From Acidobacteriota bacterium (GTDB taxonomy: Bacteria > Acidobacteriota > UBA890 > WLXD01), in assembly GCA_965205505.1 (NCBI GenBank), contig CBDBHB010000009.1, positions 128,001 to 192,000 of the forward strand: 64,000 nucleotides of DNA, written 5' to 3'. A program made the position numbers and the translations under genes. Of this stretch, positions 50,900 through 60,533 are shown piece by piece (positions within the stretch are counted from its first letter, which is position 1; each line of letters starts with the position of its first letter). Under the pieces are notes generated by a model that saw nothing but the letters and a program-made list of their open reading frames with translations, was not told where the DNA came from and searched no databases.

Positions 50900-52102
50900 T
50901 CACGGCAACGAAGCGTCCTCGGCGTCGGCCACGACCATGATCTCCACGAGCCCCGCCGGTACCACGAGCACCGCCTCGACGGTGGTGCGCGCGGGACGCG
51001 GCATCGGCATCAGGTCGCGGTACGTGTTGCTCATTTGGGTGAAGTAACGCGAGTCGGAGATGTAGACGAAGCTCTCCACGACGTCCTCGAGTCCCAGCCC
51101 GGCGGCAGCTAGCGTCGCCTGGATCTTCTCGATTGTGAGGCGCGTCTGCGCGACCACATCGCCCGGCGGGTAACCCTGGTCGTTCCAGCCGGTATAGCCC
51201 CGCACGAACAGGCGCCCGCCGGCGAGGATCGACGGCGAAAACGGCAGGCTGGAAGTCTCCTCGCCGACGACGCGGCGCGCCGGGTCGCGCACCGCCACTG
51301 CCTGGATCTCGATCAGTAAGTCCGGGTGCATTAGCCCCGCCTTCATGGCGGCGCGCGCCGGCGGCTCGTCGGTGAACACCGAACGATACGCGGCGTTCAT
51401 CTTCTGAAAGTGCCGTGTGTCACGCAGGTACACGCGGTTGGAGACCACATCGGCGTAGCTCATCCCGGCTGCCCCCAGCACGCGGCCGATGTTGGCGAGC
51501 GTGCGCGCAGTCTGCTCACCGATGTGGCCAGGCAGCAGCGTCCCCTGAGCCGGATCGTTGGACACGGCCCCGGCCACAAACAGCGTGTCCCCGGCTAGAA
51601 TGCCGTAGCCGTAGCCGTAGCCGGGGCCCGAGGGGCGCCAGCCGGCGGGCGTGATGCGTCTGAGCTCCACGCCCTCGCGTACCGCCACTATCGACATCTC
51701 GATCAGCGCCTCGGGCACCGCCAGGTCCGTGCGCACCGTGGTGCGCGTGGGGGCGTTTTCCGGAAACACCTCGCGGAAAACACCGTTCATGGCTCCGTAG
51801 TGCCGGTCGTCGGCCAGATACACCGTCAGGCTCGCCACGCGCGACAGGTCCGAGCCGGCCGCCTGCAGCACGCGCTCCAGGTTGGCGAACGTCTGGCGCG
51901 TCTGCGCCTCGATGCCGGCGGCAAATCCCTCGTCGGGGGCGCGGCCGAGCGCCCCGGTCGTGTAGAGGAAATCCCCCGTCCAGACCGCGTGGCTGAACGG
52001 CAGGTCGGGGCTGGCTCCCGGAAGGGTGACGGTGCGCTTGTCACCGGATGCCGGTGCAAGTGCCAGAAGGGCGGCGAGGACAGGGGTAAGCGCAACTTTC
52101 AT
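50900..52102 (-). CDS. RidA/YjgF family protein with three tandem domains and signal peptide
   Basis: Three QT..T...I/L, P(T/A)R, (I/V)E(M/I) repeats; hydrophobic leader. Confidence 0.88.
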   Translation of the reverse strand: MKVALTPVLAALLALAPASGDKRTVTLPGASPDLPFSHAVWTGDFLYTTGALGRAPDEGFAAGIEAQTRQTFANLERVLQAAGSDLSRVASLTVYLADDRHYGAMNGVFREVFPENAPTRTTVRTDLAVPEALIEMSIVAVREGVELRRITPAGWRPSGPGYGYGYGILAGDTLFVAGAVSNDPAQGTLLPGHIGEQTARTLANIGRVLGAAGMSYADVVSNRVYLRDTRHFQKMNAAYRSVFTDEPPARAAMKAGLMHPDLLIEIQAVAVRDPARRVVGEETSSLPFSPSILAGGRLFVRGYTGWNDQGYPPGDVVAQTRLTIEKIQATLAAAGLGLEDVVESFVYISDSRYFTQMSNTYRDLMPMPRPARTTVEAVLVVPAGLVEIMVVADAEDASLP

Positions 52103-52250
52103 GGGGACCTCGTCGTGCAGCAGTGGCCACGATGTCGCCGTCGGACCACCAAGTATAGGCGGCCGTAGTCGGCCACCGACGACGAACGTTTTTATTTCAC
52201 CACCGGCCAGACGGAGATCGACATACGCGATCGAGCTGGGTTCGCGCTGA

Positions 52251-52295
52251 AACTGGTTCGACGAGCTGAAGCGGCTCGTGCCGACGGATCAGTAG
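52251..52295 (+). pseudogene. orphan C-terminal tail of PD40-type Ser/Thr kinase
   Basis: NWFDELKRLVPTDQ*, the recalled family terminus (NWFEELKRLVP). Confidence 0.65.
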
Positions 52296-52505
52296 CGTCG
52301 TCAGGCGCCGTTCCGAACAGCGCCGTCCCCCAACGTCGTGGGTAGTTGCCATGCGTCACAGCGAGCCGTGCACGGCTCCGCAGCGGGTGCTAGGTACCAG
52401 GAGTACTTCATAGGGGCGCCGCGTTACCAGCGCAGCCTTCCCCGGTACCCGGAGCGCCGAGCCGATAGGATCGAGATGTGTTGGCGTCAACCGAGGAGGC
52501 GAGGC

Positions 52506-53000
52506 ATGCACGGCGACATCGATCGACTGGTAGGAACGTACGAGGCAGGGCACATCAGCCGGAGACGGCTGGTCACGCAGCTGAGCGCGATGACGGCGCT
52601 CGTGACAACCGTTGGTTTGGCCTCTGGTGCTCAGCCCCGGAGCACCGGGCAGGATGCCGGAGCGACATTCCAGGCTGTGGGCCTCAACCACATCGCCCTC
52701 AGTGTCGCCGACATACCGCGGTCGCGCGACTTCTACGTTCGACATCTCGGTCTGACGGTCTCGCGCGAGTCCGCCAGCAGTTGCTTCCTGGATTGCGGGC
52801 CGCACTTCGTCGCCCTGTTCCGCAGTCGCTCACCCGGTCTGAACCACTACTGTTACGAAGTCGAAGGCTACGACGTGAACGCGGCGGCGGAGACCCTACG
52901 CGCCAATGACCTGCCCCCGCGGGTGTCTGGCGGCCGCATCTACTTCGACGACCCCGACGGCCTCGAAGTGCAGCTCGCCGCGCCGGGCCATGGCGCATGA
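52506..53000 (+). CDS. VOC/glyoxalase family protein with Tat-like leader
   Basis: ISRRRLV, LNHIALSV.D..RSRDFY, LNHYCY, YFDDPDGLEVQL. Confidence 0.85.
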   Translation: MHGDIDRLVGTYEAGHISRRRLVTQLSAMTALVTTVGLASGAQPRSTGQDAGATFQAVGLNHIALSVADIPRSRDFYVRHLGLTVSRESASSCFLDCGPHFVALFRSRSPGLNHYCYEVEGYDVNAAAETLRANDLPPRVSGGRIYFDDPDGLEVQLAAPGHGA

Positions 53001-53057
53001 CGCACTGCAGTGGCGAAGTCTTTCGGTGACGGGTAGCCTCCGACGACGGGAGGACAT

Positions 53058-54974
53058 GTGGAACCCGGTACCCGACTAGGCCCCTACGAAATCACCGAGC
53101 AGCTCGGTGCTGGCGGCATGGGAGAGGTGTACCTGGCGCAGGACACCCGCTTGGGCCGCAAGGTGGCCATCAAGGTGCTGCCCGCCGAGTTCGCCTCTGA
53201 CCCCGAGCGCCTCGCCCGCTTCGAGCAGGAGGCCCGAGCTGCTGCTGCCCTGAACCACCCGCACATCGCAGCGGTCTTTGATGTCGGCACCGAAGACGGC
53301 ACCCACTTCATGGTGCAGGAGTACCTGGAGGGAGACACGCTGCGGGAGCCGCTACAGAGGGGTGCGTTGCCGCTCAAAAAGGCGCTCGGGTTGGCCACCG
53401 AGATCGCCGAGGCGCTGGCAGCAGCACACGTCGCCGGGATCATCCACCGGGATCTGAAGCCGGAGAACATCTTCGTCACCAAGGAGGGCCACGCCAAGGT
53501 GCTGGATTTCGGGTTGGCGAAGCTCACCGAGGTGGCCGGGGCAGGCTCTCCGGGCGGTGCGACCCAGTCACCCACCATGATGGGCACGGTGGCCGGTCAG
53601 GTGATGGGAACCGCTGGCTACATGGCCCCCGAGCAGGTTGAGGGCTCCGAGGAGATCGACCATCGGGCCGACCTGTTCTCCTTCGGCTGCGTGCTCCAAG
53701 AGATGGCCTCAGGGACGCGAGCCTTCGGTGGCAAGAACGTCACTGAGGTTCTGCATCACCTGCTCAACAGTGACCCCGAGCCGATGGCCGACGGGCTGCC
53801 GCTGAAGCTGCACTGGATCCTCGACAAGTGCCTGGCAAAGGAACCTACTCGGCGCTACCAGAATGCCGATGACCTCGTTGTTGACCTGAAGGCACTGGCC
53901 CGCGAGGTGGAGTCGGGCGCAGCACGCTCTGCGCAAGACGCCGAGGCAGGAGGGTCCGAGGATCCGCGCGGGGCGATCCTGCCCACCCGTGCGCTAGTGC
54001 CGGTCGGGGTATCCATCATCGCAACGGCGATCGTTTTCGGAGCCGCCGGGTATTGGTCTGGAGTCGGGAGCAGTGAGGGTGATGATGCAATGGGCCGGCA
54101 GGGTCAGGTCAGCACGGCAACCGAGATCAGCCTTCCGCCGGAGACCCCTCTCCCGCTCGGCGGGCGAGCCACTGAGGTGGGCTTTGACAACCCTTCGATT
54201 GCTCTTTCACCGGATGGTTCGTTGCTTGTTTTCGTCGGAATGTCCGGTGCCACAACGCAACTGTACCGGCGGGAGATGAACGGTTTCGATGTCGACGCGA
54301 TCCCCGGCACGGAGGGAGCCACTCACGCTTTCTTCTCGCCCGATGGCGAGTCTCTCGGGTTTCTCACCAATAACCAGGTGAAGAGAGCGTTGCTTCGGGG
54401 AGACCCGCCGCAGACCCTGTGTGATGCACGAAGCCCGGTTACCGCAACCTGGACCCGCAACGATGCGATCTACTACACGTCGCAACAACGGAGTCGGTTG
54501 TCGCTCGTCGAGGCCGGGGGCGGGGAATGCCGGGAAGTTGGGCCCGAAGTTGGGAGCCGCAGCTACGGCAAAGTACTGCCGGAGGGCAAATGGGCATTGG
54601 TCGGCGACAGTGACGTGCACAGCGCCGGTGACTACCGTGACATTCAACTGCTGTCGCTTGAAACCCTCGAAACGAGGCTGCTCATCCGTAATGGGTACGA
54701 CGCTCGCTACATCGGCACGGGCCACATCCTTTTTGGGCGCTCCGGAGGACTCTACGCCGTTCCCTTCGACCTCGCCGGCCTGACGGTGACGGGCGAGCCG
54801 GTGCTGGTGGCTCGTGACGTTCGCATGGACTCGTTCTTTTCCGTAATCCAGGTAGCGGCGTCTGACAACGGCATCGTTGCTTATGTGCCGGGGGGCGATG
54901 CCTCGGTCGGAAAAATGGCCTGGATTGATCGTGACGGCACAACGGAGTATCTATCTGGTCTACGTCTCTCTTAG
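53058..54974 (+). CDS. Ser/Thr protein kinase + TM + PD40 propeller, apparently 3'-truncated
   Basis: [29 protein letters not shown]; SPDG repeats; ends just after MAWIDRDG with no family tail. Confidence 0.9.
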   Translation: MEPGTRLGPYEITEQLGAGGMGEVYLAQDTRLGRKVAIKVLPAEFASDPERLARFEQEARAAAALNHPHIAAVFDVGTEDGTHFMVQEYLEGDTLREPLQRGALPLKKALGLATEIAEALAAAHVAGIIHRDLKPENIFVTKEGHAKVLDFGLAKLTEVAGAGSPGGATQSPTMMGTVAGQVMGTAGYMAPEQVEGSEEIDHRADLFSFGCVLQEMASGTRAFGGKNVTEVLHHLLNSDPEPMADGLPLKLHWILDKCLAKEPTRRYQNADDLVVDLKALAREVESGAARSAQDAEAGGSEDPRGAILPTRALVPVGVSIIATAIVFGAAGYWSGVGSSEGDDAMGRQGQVSTATEISLPPETPLPLGGRATEVGFDNPSIALSPDGSLLVFVGMSGATTQLYRREMNGFDVDAIPGTEGATHAFFSPDGESLGFLTNNQVKRALLRGDPPQTLCDARSPVTATWTRNDAIYYTSQQRSRLSLVEAGGGECREVGPEVGSRSYGKVLPEGKWALVGDSDVHSAGDYRDIQLLSLETLETRLLIRNGYDARYIGTGHILFGRSGGLYAVPFDLAGLTVTGEPVLVARDVRMDSFFSVIQVAASDNGIVAYVPGGDASVGKMAWIDRDGTTEYLSGLRLS

Positions 54975-55102
54975 TATCGCGTATTGCCACTCGCCGTCAC
55001 CCACTGCCCCGACCGCTCTGGACCCCAGTCTCGCGAGCTCCCTCCCCCCTGCTGCCCCGTGGCAGGCAGTCAATCTGGCGCCGCAGGGACGCTGCCTCTC
55101 CG

Positions 55103-55131
55103 TGGACCCTCGCACGCTCCAGCGATAGGCT
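55103..55131 (+). promoter_or_regulatory. putative sigma70 promoter TGGACC-N17-TAGGCT
   Basis: Repeated at 61946-61974 and 63167-63195 with 17-nt spacer. Confidence 0.6.
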
Positions 55132-55164
55132 TCACGCGCCCGCCCATGACACATCAGGAGCGCC

Positions 55165-55272
55165 ATGGAACCCGGCACCAAACTAGGCCCCTACGAAGTC
55201 ACCGAGCAGCTCGGCGCTGGCGGCATGGGAGAGGTGTACCTGGCGCAGGACACACGCCTGGGCGTCCGTTGA
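55165..55272 (+). pseudogene. kinase 5' stub (33 codons)
   Basis: [33 protein letters not shown] then VR*; 8 differences in 99 nt vs 53058 gene. Confidence 0.9.
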
Positions 55273-55402
55273 TTTAAGGCGACAGTGACGGAGTTCACCT
55301 GATCGCTAGCGAAGACGCCGCCTGATCAAATCCCTCAATCGACAAACATTTGCAAATAACTCGGCTCTCACGGACTTTGCCCCTATCAGTCAGAGGAGAC
55401 GG

Positions 55403-56458
55403 ATGATGAAGGTTCTTCGCGGTTTAGGGATGCTGGTGGTTCTCGTCGTCATGGGCGCAGCTGTAGGCCAACCGATGGCCCACGCCCAGACCACCATCAA
55501 GGTCATGGTGCCAACCGGCGTCAAGGAGGAACTGGCGGATCTGGAAGCCCGGTTGCCTAACCTCGAGCTCATCGAGGCGGAACCAGAGCGTATCTTCGAG
55601 GCAGTGCCCGAGTGCGATGCGATCATCGGTCTGGTCTACGGCCAGGACGCCCGGGAGATCCTTCGTCGTGGCAAGAAACTACGCTGGGTTCACAGCACTA
55701 GCGCCGGTGTTGAAAACATTGTGCACCTGCCGGAGATGCAAAACAGCGACATCGTCTTGACCAACGCCAAGATCATCCAAGGCCCGGAGATCGCCGATCA
55801 CGTGTTCGCCCTCCTGTTGACCCACACACGCAACCTGAAGCAATTCAACCAGGCAATGAGCGACGGCTGGATGCAGGACCGCGACGATCTCCGCCTGCCG
55901 ATCATCGAACTGCGAGGCAAAACGATGCTGATCATCGGTCTGGGCGGCATCGGCACCCAGGTGGCGCAGCGCGCCGCGGCCTTCGGGATGCGTGTGCTTG
56001 CGGTCGATCCCAAGGACATCCCGTTGCGACGCGACGTGGAATACGTCGGCAAACCGGATGAGTTAAACGATCTGCTCCCAGAAGCCGACGTCGTCGTGAG
56101 CTCCGTTCCTCACACACCAGAGTCGGAGGGGATGCTTGGCAAGGAGCAGTTCGATCTAATGAAGGATGGCGTCTATTTCATCAATGTCTCGCGAGGCAAG
56201 ATCGTCCAAACCGACGCGCTGGTCGCAGCGCTGCAGTCAGGCAAGGTTCGCGCTGCCGGTCTGGATGTCACCGACCCGGAGCCGCTACCCAACGAGCATC
56301 CTCTCTGGGAGATGGGCAACGTGATCATCACGCCGCATATCGCGACCAGATCGGATCAGTTGTGGGGACGGCAGGTGAAGTTGATGCAGGCCAACATCGA
56401 ACGTTTTGTCACCGGGCAGCCGCTGTTGCATGTGGTCAACCAGGCTGCCGGTTTCTGA
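55403..56458 (+). CDS. D-2-hydroxyacid dehydrogenase family with N-terminal signal peptide
   Basis: SAGVE, GLGGIG, INVSRG, LDVTDPEPL, ITPH; leader ending AHA. Confidence 0.9.
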   Translation: MMKVLRGLGMLVVLVVMGAAVGQPMAHAQTTIKVMVPTGVKEELADLEARLPNLELIEAEPERIFEAVPECDAIIGLVYGQDAREILRRGKKLRWVHSTSAGVENIVHLPEMQNSDIVLTNAKIIQGPEIADHVFALLLTHTRNLKQFNQAMSDGWMQDRDDLRLPIIELRGKTMLIIGLGGIGTQVAQRAAAFGMRVLAVDPKDIPLRRDVEYVGKPDELNDLLPEADVVVSSVPHTPESEGMLGKEQFDLMKDGVYFINVSRGKIVQTDALVAALQSGKVRAAGLDVTDPEPLPNEHPLWEMGNVIITPHIATRSDQLWGRQVKLMQANIERFVTGQPLLHVVNQAAGF

Positions 56459-56679
56459 ACGCAGGCCCGCGCTTCCCGCCGCTCGGCGGCCGCCGTCGTC
56501 GGCCCGCAGTCATAGAACGGCCTCTGCGCCCTGCCGATACCAAGCAGGATGAAATCCGCCAGGCGAGCGTCGCGCCAGCTCTCTGGTGGCGGCTCCTCGG
56601 TCTGGACCGACCTTTACGGGTAGTTTTGGGAGATCGCGGAGCATAAACCGACCTCACGCCACCGCCGCCTTCTCGCCTG

Positions 56680-56767
56680 TTGTCCCCGCCCGATCTCACC
56701 GGTAGAGTCCTGCCCCATGGAACCCGGCACCAAACTCGGTCCCTACGAGATCACCGAGCAGCTCGGA
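56680..56767 (+). pseudogene. promoter (TTGTCC-N17-TAGAGT) + kinase 5' stub (17 codons)
   Basis: [17 protein letters not shown] from 56717 then unrelated sequence. Confidence 0.85.
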
Positions 56768-56880
56768 AGGACGCGACGCTCGGCTCCGGGAGAGCTGCAG
56801 CCTAGAGCCAGGCTGCCTCAGGCGCTGATAACCCGGCCAGGATCCCAAGGGCAGATTCGAGCACGATGTCCGGGGTCTCG

Positions 56881-58566
56881 TTACCAGAGCTTGTCGACCT
56901 CATCCGTGAGACCCGTCAACTCCCAGTGCGCGAGCGCGAACGGGACCAGGCCGGCGGCCAGAATCTCGTCGATCACGTCGGGCATGTTGAAGTCGTCGCC
57001 GAGCTGGTGGGCGCGGTCGGCGATGATCTTCTCGAACTGGCTTCTTCCCACCGGATACGCCACCTGATATCCGGGCGCCCTTACGGCGTCGCGCTTGTGG
57101 TTCCACATCGAGTTGCTGTCGGCAATCGCCCAGCCGTTGGGAGTCATATCGGCCTCGAACTGGTTCCAGCCGGCGTAGTCGACGGCGTTGGCAATGAACT
57201 GCAGCTCCCCCATCGCCCGGGCGCCTTCGTAGGCGTACTCGATAACCTGGAGCTCTCGGGCTCGGCGCCCCGGTCGCTCGTCGTAGACGCCGGCGTGCAT
57301 GAGCACCTCTTCCAATCCGCCGGCGAACCCCTCCCAACGGGGATGGGTCAACTCGTAGAGGCGGCGGGCGGCGCGTATCGGCGACTGAGTACCCGTCTGC
57401 CGGATGGAATCGAGCCCGTGACCGATGTCCTCGTGGATGATGTTCATCTTGGGGTTGCGGGCGATCAGGTTGGTGAAGAACGACATCGGCCGGCCCATCC
57501 ATTCCGTCGACGCCGGTATCGCCACGTCGCCGATGCGGGCGTAGGCCTCGGCGATGTCGACAAATCCTCGTTCCCGGAGGAATCGCAGCAGCTCATCCTC
57601 CGCCTCGGCATAGGTGCGCAGGTACTCGGCCGGGTCGGTGGCGGGCTGCAGCCGCGGCAGCTCGCGATTGCCGTTCTCCTCCAGCTTCAGCGCCGCCATG
57701 TTGCGGTCCCACTCGCGGCGCGCCAGGGCCCAGGCCTCGTCCCACGTGTAGGGGATCAACCAAACGTTCCTGGCCCACCAGTTGAAGTTCTCCTTGCCCA
57801 CACCTGTCGGTGCGGTCATCTGGTCGAGGTTGTCGTTGATCCAGTCGCGGTAGTCCTGCACCGCCGTAAGGGCCTGCTCCGCATGAACGACAAGCTCCGG
57901 GTGATGCTCCCTCAATCGCGGCACCAGCTCCCCCAGCAGCATGCCCTCGCGCTCCATCGAGCGGATTCCCAGCAGCGCCATGTCACGCTTGGCCTCGGCG
58001 AGGTCGATGTTGGCCTTTCCCTGCGCCAGGATCTGCGGCAATGCACGCAACCGCACGCGGTACGCCTCGATCTCGTCTTGTCGCAGCGGCAGATCGGGCC
58101 GTGCCGACAACCAGAACCAGAACCCGGGCTCGACCTTGGAGCTCGAAAAACCGTAGAAGGGCGAGCCTTTCGAGCTCGGCGAGCCCCAATAGAAATCCGG
58201 GCTGGTCGACCACGGCTTCATCACCCGGTGGTAGAACTCCAGCCCGTTCATCTCGGCGCGCACCAGGTGATAGTCCACCTGTTGCGAGATGGGCCACTCG
58301 CCGATGTCGAACGCGGCGAGGCGACGCTGGTACTCACCCAGCTCGCCATACTGGCGCTGCATGGCGGCGGCCGTATAGTCGGGAACGCCGTCGGTGACCA
58401 CCGGCTCGTGAAACACGCGAAACTCCTCGAACAGGACCACCAGATCGTCGTAGCTGCCCCCCGCGTTGCCGCTGGTGACGGCATCGTCCGCCGGGGCGCC
58501 GCAGGCCACCGCGAGCAACGACGCCAGCAGGGCGGTTGTGGCCGATGGGCGAGATCTCGCGCGCAT
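56881..58566 (-). CDS. DUF885-like lipoprotein
   Basis: LAVAC lipobox, HEDIGH, WEGFA..LEE, PGYQVAY..G; ATG at 58566. Confidence 0.75.
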   Translation of the reverse strand: MRARSRPSATTALLASLLAVACGAPADDAVTSGNAGGSYDDLVVLFEEFRVFHEPVVTDGVPDYTAAAMQRQYGELGEYQRRLAAFDIGEWPISQQVDYHLVRAEMNGLEFYHRVMKPWSTSPDFYWGSPSSKGSPFYGFSSSKVEPGFWFWLSARPDLPLRQDEIEAYRVRLRALPQILAQGKANIDLAEAKRDMALLGIRSMEREGMLLGELVPRLREHHPELVVHAEQALTAVQDYRDWINDNLDQMTAPTGVGKENFNWWARNVWLIPYTWDEAWALARREWDRNMAALKLEENGNRELPRLQPATDPAEYLRTYAEAEDELLRFLRERGFVDIAEAYARIGDVAIPASTEWMGRPMSFFTNLIARNPKMNIIHEDIGHGLDSIRQTGTQSPIRAARRLYELTHPRWEGFAGGLEEVLMHAGVYDERPGRRARELQVIEYAYEGARAMGELQFIANAVDYAGWNQFEADMTPNGWAIADSNSMWNHKRDAVRAPGYQVAYPVGRSQFEKIIADRAHQLGDDFNMPDVIDEILAAGLVPFALAHWELTGLTDEVDKLW

Positions 58567-58629
58567 GAGCTGCCTCCGTGTACGGTGCGCTAGTGTAGCC
58601 CTACGAGCCTGCGAATCGAGGCCAGGATG

Positions 58630-58741
58630 GCCCCGAGTCGAAGCCGACGCCTTGCTTGAAGACGAAGCGCACGTTGCGAATATGACCGTCTGTGGCTGGG
58701 TCACCGGCGAGCACCATCAGATCGGCCACCTTGCCCGTTTC
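58630..58741 (-). pseudogene. amidohydrolase 3' remnant
   Basis: Hand translation ETGKVADLMVLAGDPATDGHIRNVRFVFKQGVGFDS; begins at IS end. Confidence 0.7.
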
Positions 58742-58885
58742 TGACCTGCCCCAAGTGTTTGGGCCACTCTGTAACTCATAGAACCGGTGTTGACAAGAGG
58801 TTGTTGGAGCCGGCGGAGCGGAGCGCAGCCAGTTGCAACAACGACGCTTTCGGGTGCGGGCGGCCGATAGCCCAACGAGCTGTGC
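58742..58885 (-). mobile_element. IS3 right-end remnant
   Basis: [12 protein letters not shown]...LRRLQQPLV and terminal GGGGCAGGTCA. Confidence 0.8.
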
Positions 58886-58939
58886 CGGGCGCTCGGAAAA
58901 TGTCCGTTCACAACGACCAACTCGAGCCCGGAGAACCCC

Positions 58940-60400
58940 ATGAGCTCCCGAGTGATTGTCCTGATGCTTTCCGTGATCCTGCCGGTGTCCAGTGCGAGCG
59001 CCCAGCAGCTACCGGCGCGGACGGCGGAGACCGACGCCGAGGCCGTTCGCCTGGCGAGAAACGACAAGCTCGACCTGATCCTGCCCGGCGCCATGCGCGA
59101 CAACGACGTCGACATGTGGATCCATGTCAGTCGGTACGGCGGCATCTTCGCGAACGGGCACGGCGACCCGATGGACCGGCACTTCGGCCGCACCTCCGGC
59201 TATCTGATGTTCACCGACCTGGGAGACCGCATCGAGCGCGCCGTGTTCGGCGACTCCGGAGCCGTCGGCAAGATCGACGTATGGGGCTCCGATGCCGTTG
59301 CCCTGGCTCTGGGTGGCTGGAACTATAACAACTCCGACCCGCGGATCGGCTACACCGTTCCCGAGGTGTACCAGGAGATCACCGATTTCGTCGCTCAGCG
59401 TGATCCGCAAACGATCGCCGTCAACACCTCCGACTGGCTCCCGCTCGCCGACGGCATCTCGCACTCCGCCTACCAACGGCTCGTGCAGATCCTGGGACCG
59501 AAATACTCCGAGCGAATCGTCTCGGCCGAGAACGTGATCACCGACTTCGTCGTCAGAAGGACCGCCAGGGAGATCTCGGCACAGGTCGAAGTTCTGGCAC
59601 TCGCCCGCCAAAGTGCCGAGCAGCGGTTGTCGCAAGTCGTGCCCGGCGTTACCACGGTCAAAGAGATCGGTGCCCGCGTCTACTACTCAGCGACCAAAAC
59701 GCCCGACGAGACGGTGCCGAACGACCCACCCGACGCCCGTTGGTTCTTTAGTGACCCCGACTACATCCTGCAGCGCGGCGATCTCTTCGCTTTCATCATG
59801 TACGCGTCCGGTGACGCGGCCGTCAAGGATGCGGACGGCTACATTGGGGGTGGCGGTCCCGGGGGCGACTACATGGGGTTCGGGGCCGATGCGAAGATTC
59901 ACGCCTACATCCTGAGGGAAGGCGAGACTGCGGTCCCTGACTTTATCCAGCGGGTCTTCGACAAGGCGATCATCGGCCGGCGGATCATGCGCGAACACAT
60001 GAAAGTCGGCATGACCGCCAAGGAGTCGCTCGACGCCATGGTCGCCGCGATGGAAGCGGCCGGCTACATCTACACGCCGTTCGTCGATATCGGCACCAAG
60101 GATTACGAGATCATCCAGCAGGCGCTCGCCAACACCGACAAGCCGGGGTTTTCCATCGACAACCATGCATCCGGCAACAGCGGCGAGGTCGGCCCCTCGA
60201 TGGCCGCGTTCCGGGCAGACACTCACCATTTGAGGATCCAGGAGAATCATCTGTTCGCGTTCGAGTACATGGTGCACATGAACATCGCCGAACGACCCGG
60301 CTACCCGCTGGCCTTCAACATCTCGAATCCGCAGGTGGTCACCAGCAGGGGCGTCGAGTTCATCCAGCCGCCGAACGAGGAGATCTTCCTGATCTACTGA
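58940..60400 (+). CDS. M24-like (Xaa-Pro aminopeptidase-like) secreted protein
   Basis: Signal peptide, LPGAMRDNDVDMW, DPQTIAVN, LQRGDL, FAFEY; metal ligands look divergent. Confidence 0.7.
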   Translation: MSSRVIVLMLSVILPVSSASAQQLPARTAETDAEAVRLARNDKLDLILPGAMRDNDVDMWIHVSRYGGIFANGHGDPMDRHFGRTSGYLMFTDLGDRIERAVFGDSGAVGKIDVWGSDAVALALGGWNYNNSDPRIGYTVPEVYQEITDFVAQRDPQTIAVNTSDWLPLADGISHSAYQRLVQILGPKYSERIVSAENVITDFVVRRTAREISAQVEVLALARQSAEQRLSQVVPGVTTVKEIGARVYYSATKTPDETVPNDPPDARWFFSDPDYILQRGDLFAFIMYASGDAAVKDADGYIGGGGPGGDYMGFGADAKIHAYILREGETAVPDFIQRVFDKAIIGRRIMREHMKVGMTAKESLDAMVAAMEAAGYIYTPFVDIGTKDYEIIQQALANTDKPGFSIDNHASGNSGEVGPSMAAFRADTHHLRIQENHLFAFEYMVHMNIAERPGYPLAFNISNPQVVTSRGVEFIQPPNEEIFLIY

Positions 60401-60533
60401 GTCTCCCCCCTCTCCGAGTTGGGTTAAGTTGACAGTGTCCGCGGCCTGTCTCGAGCCGCTGAATTGAACCGCATGTGAACGGCGGCCCTTTCTATCGGCT
60501 TCTATGAAAGCCTTTCCGGGAGAGGATTTGACG

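Noticed and set aside
55291-55303. 13-bp match GAGTTCACCTGAT to MITE A end (61838-61850)
   Set aside because: A 13-mer match is expected by chance in 64 kb and it does not extend.
56866-58593. 575-aa + strand ORF and other long antisense ORFs (e.g. 18130-19302, 36647-37807)
   Set aside because: Shadow frames of clear genes in GC-rich DNA, with no motifs.
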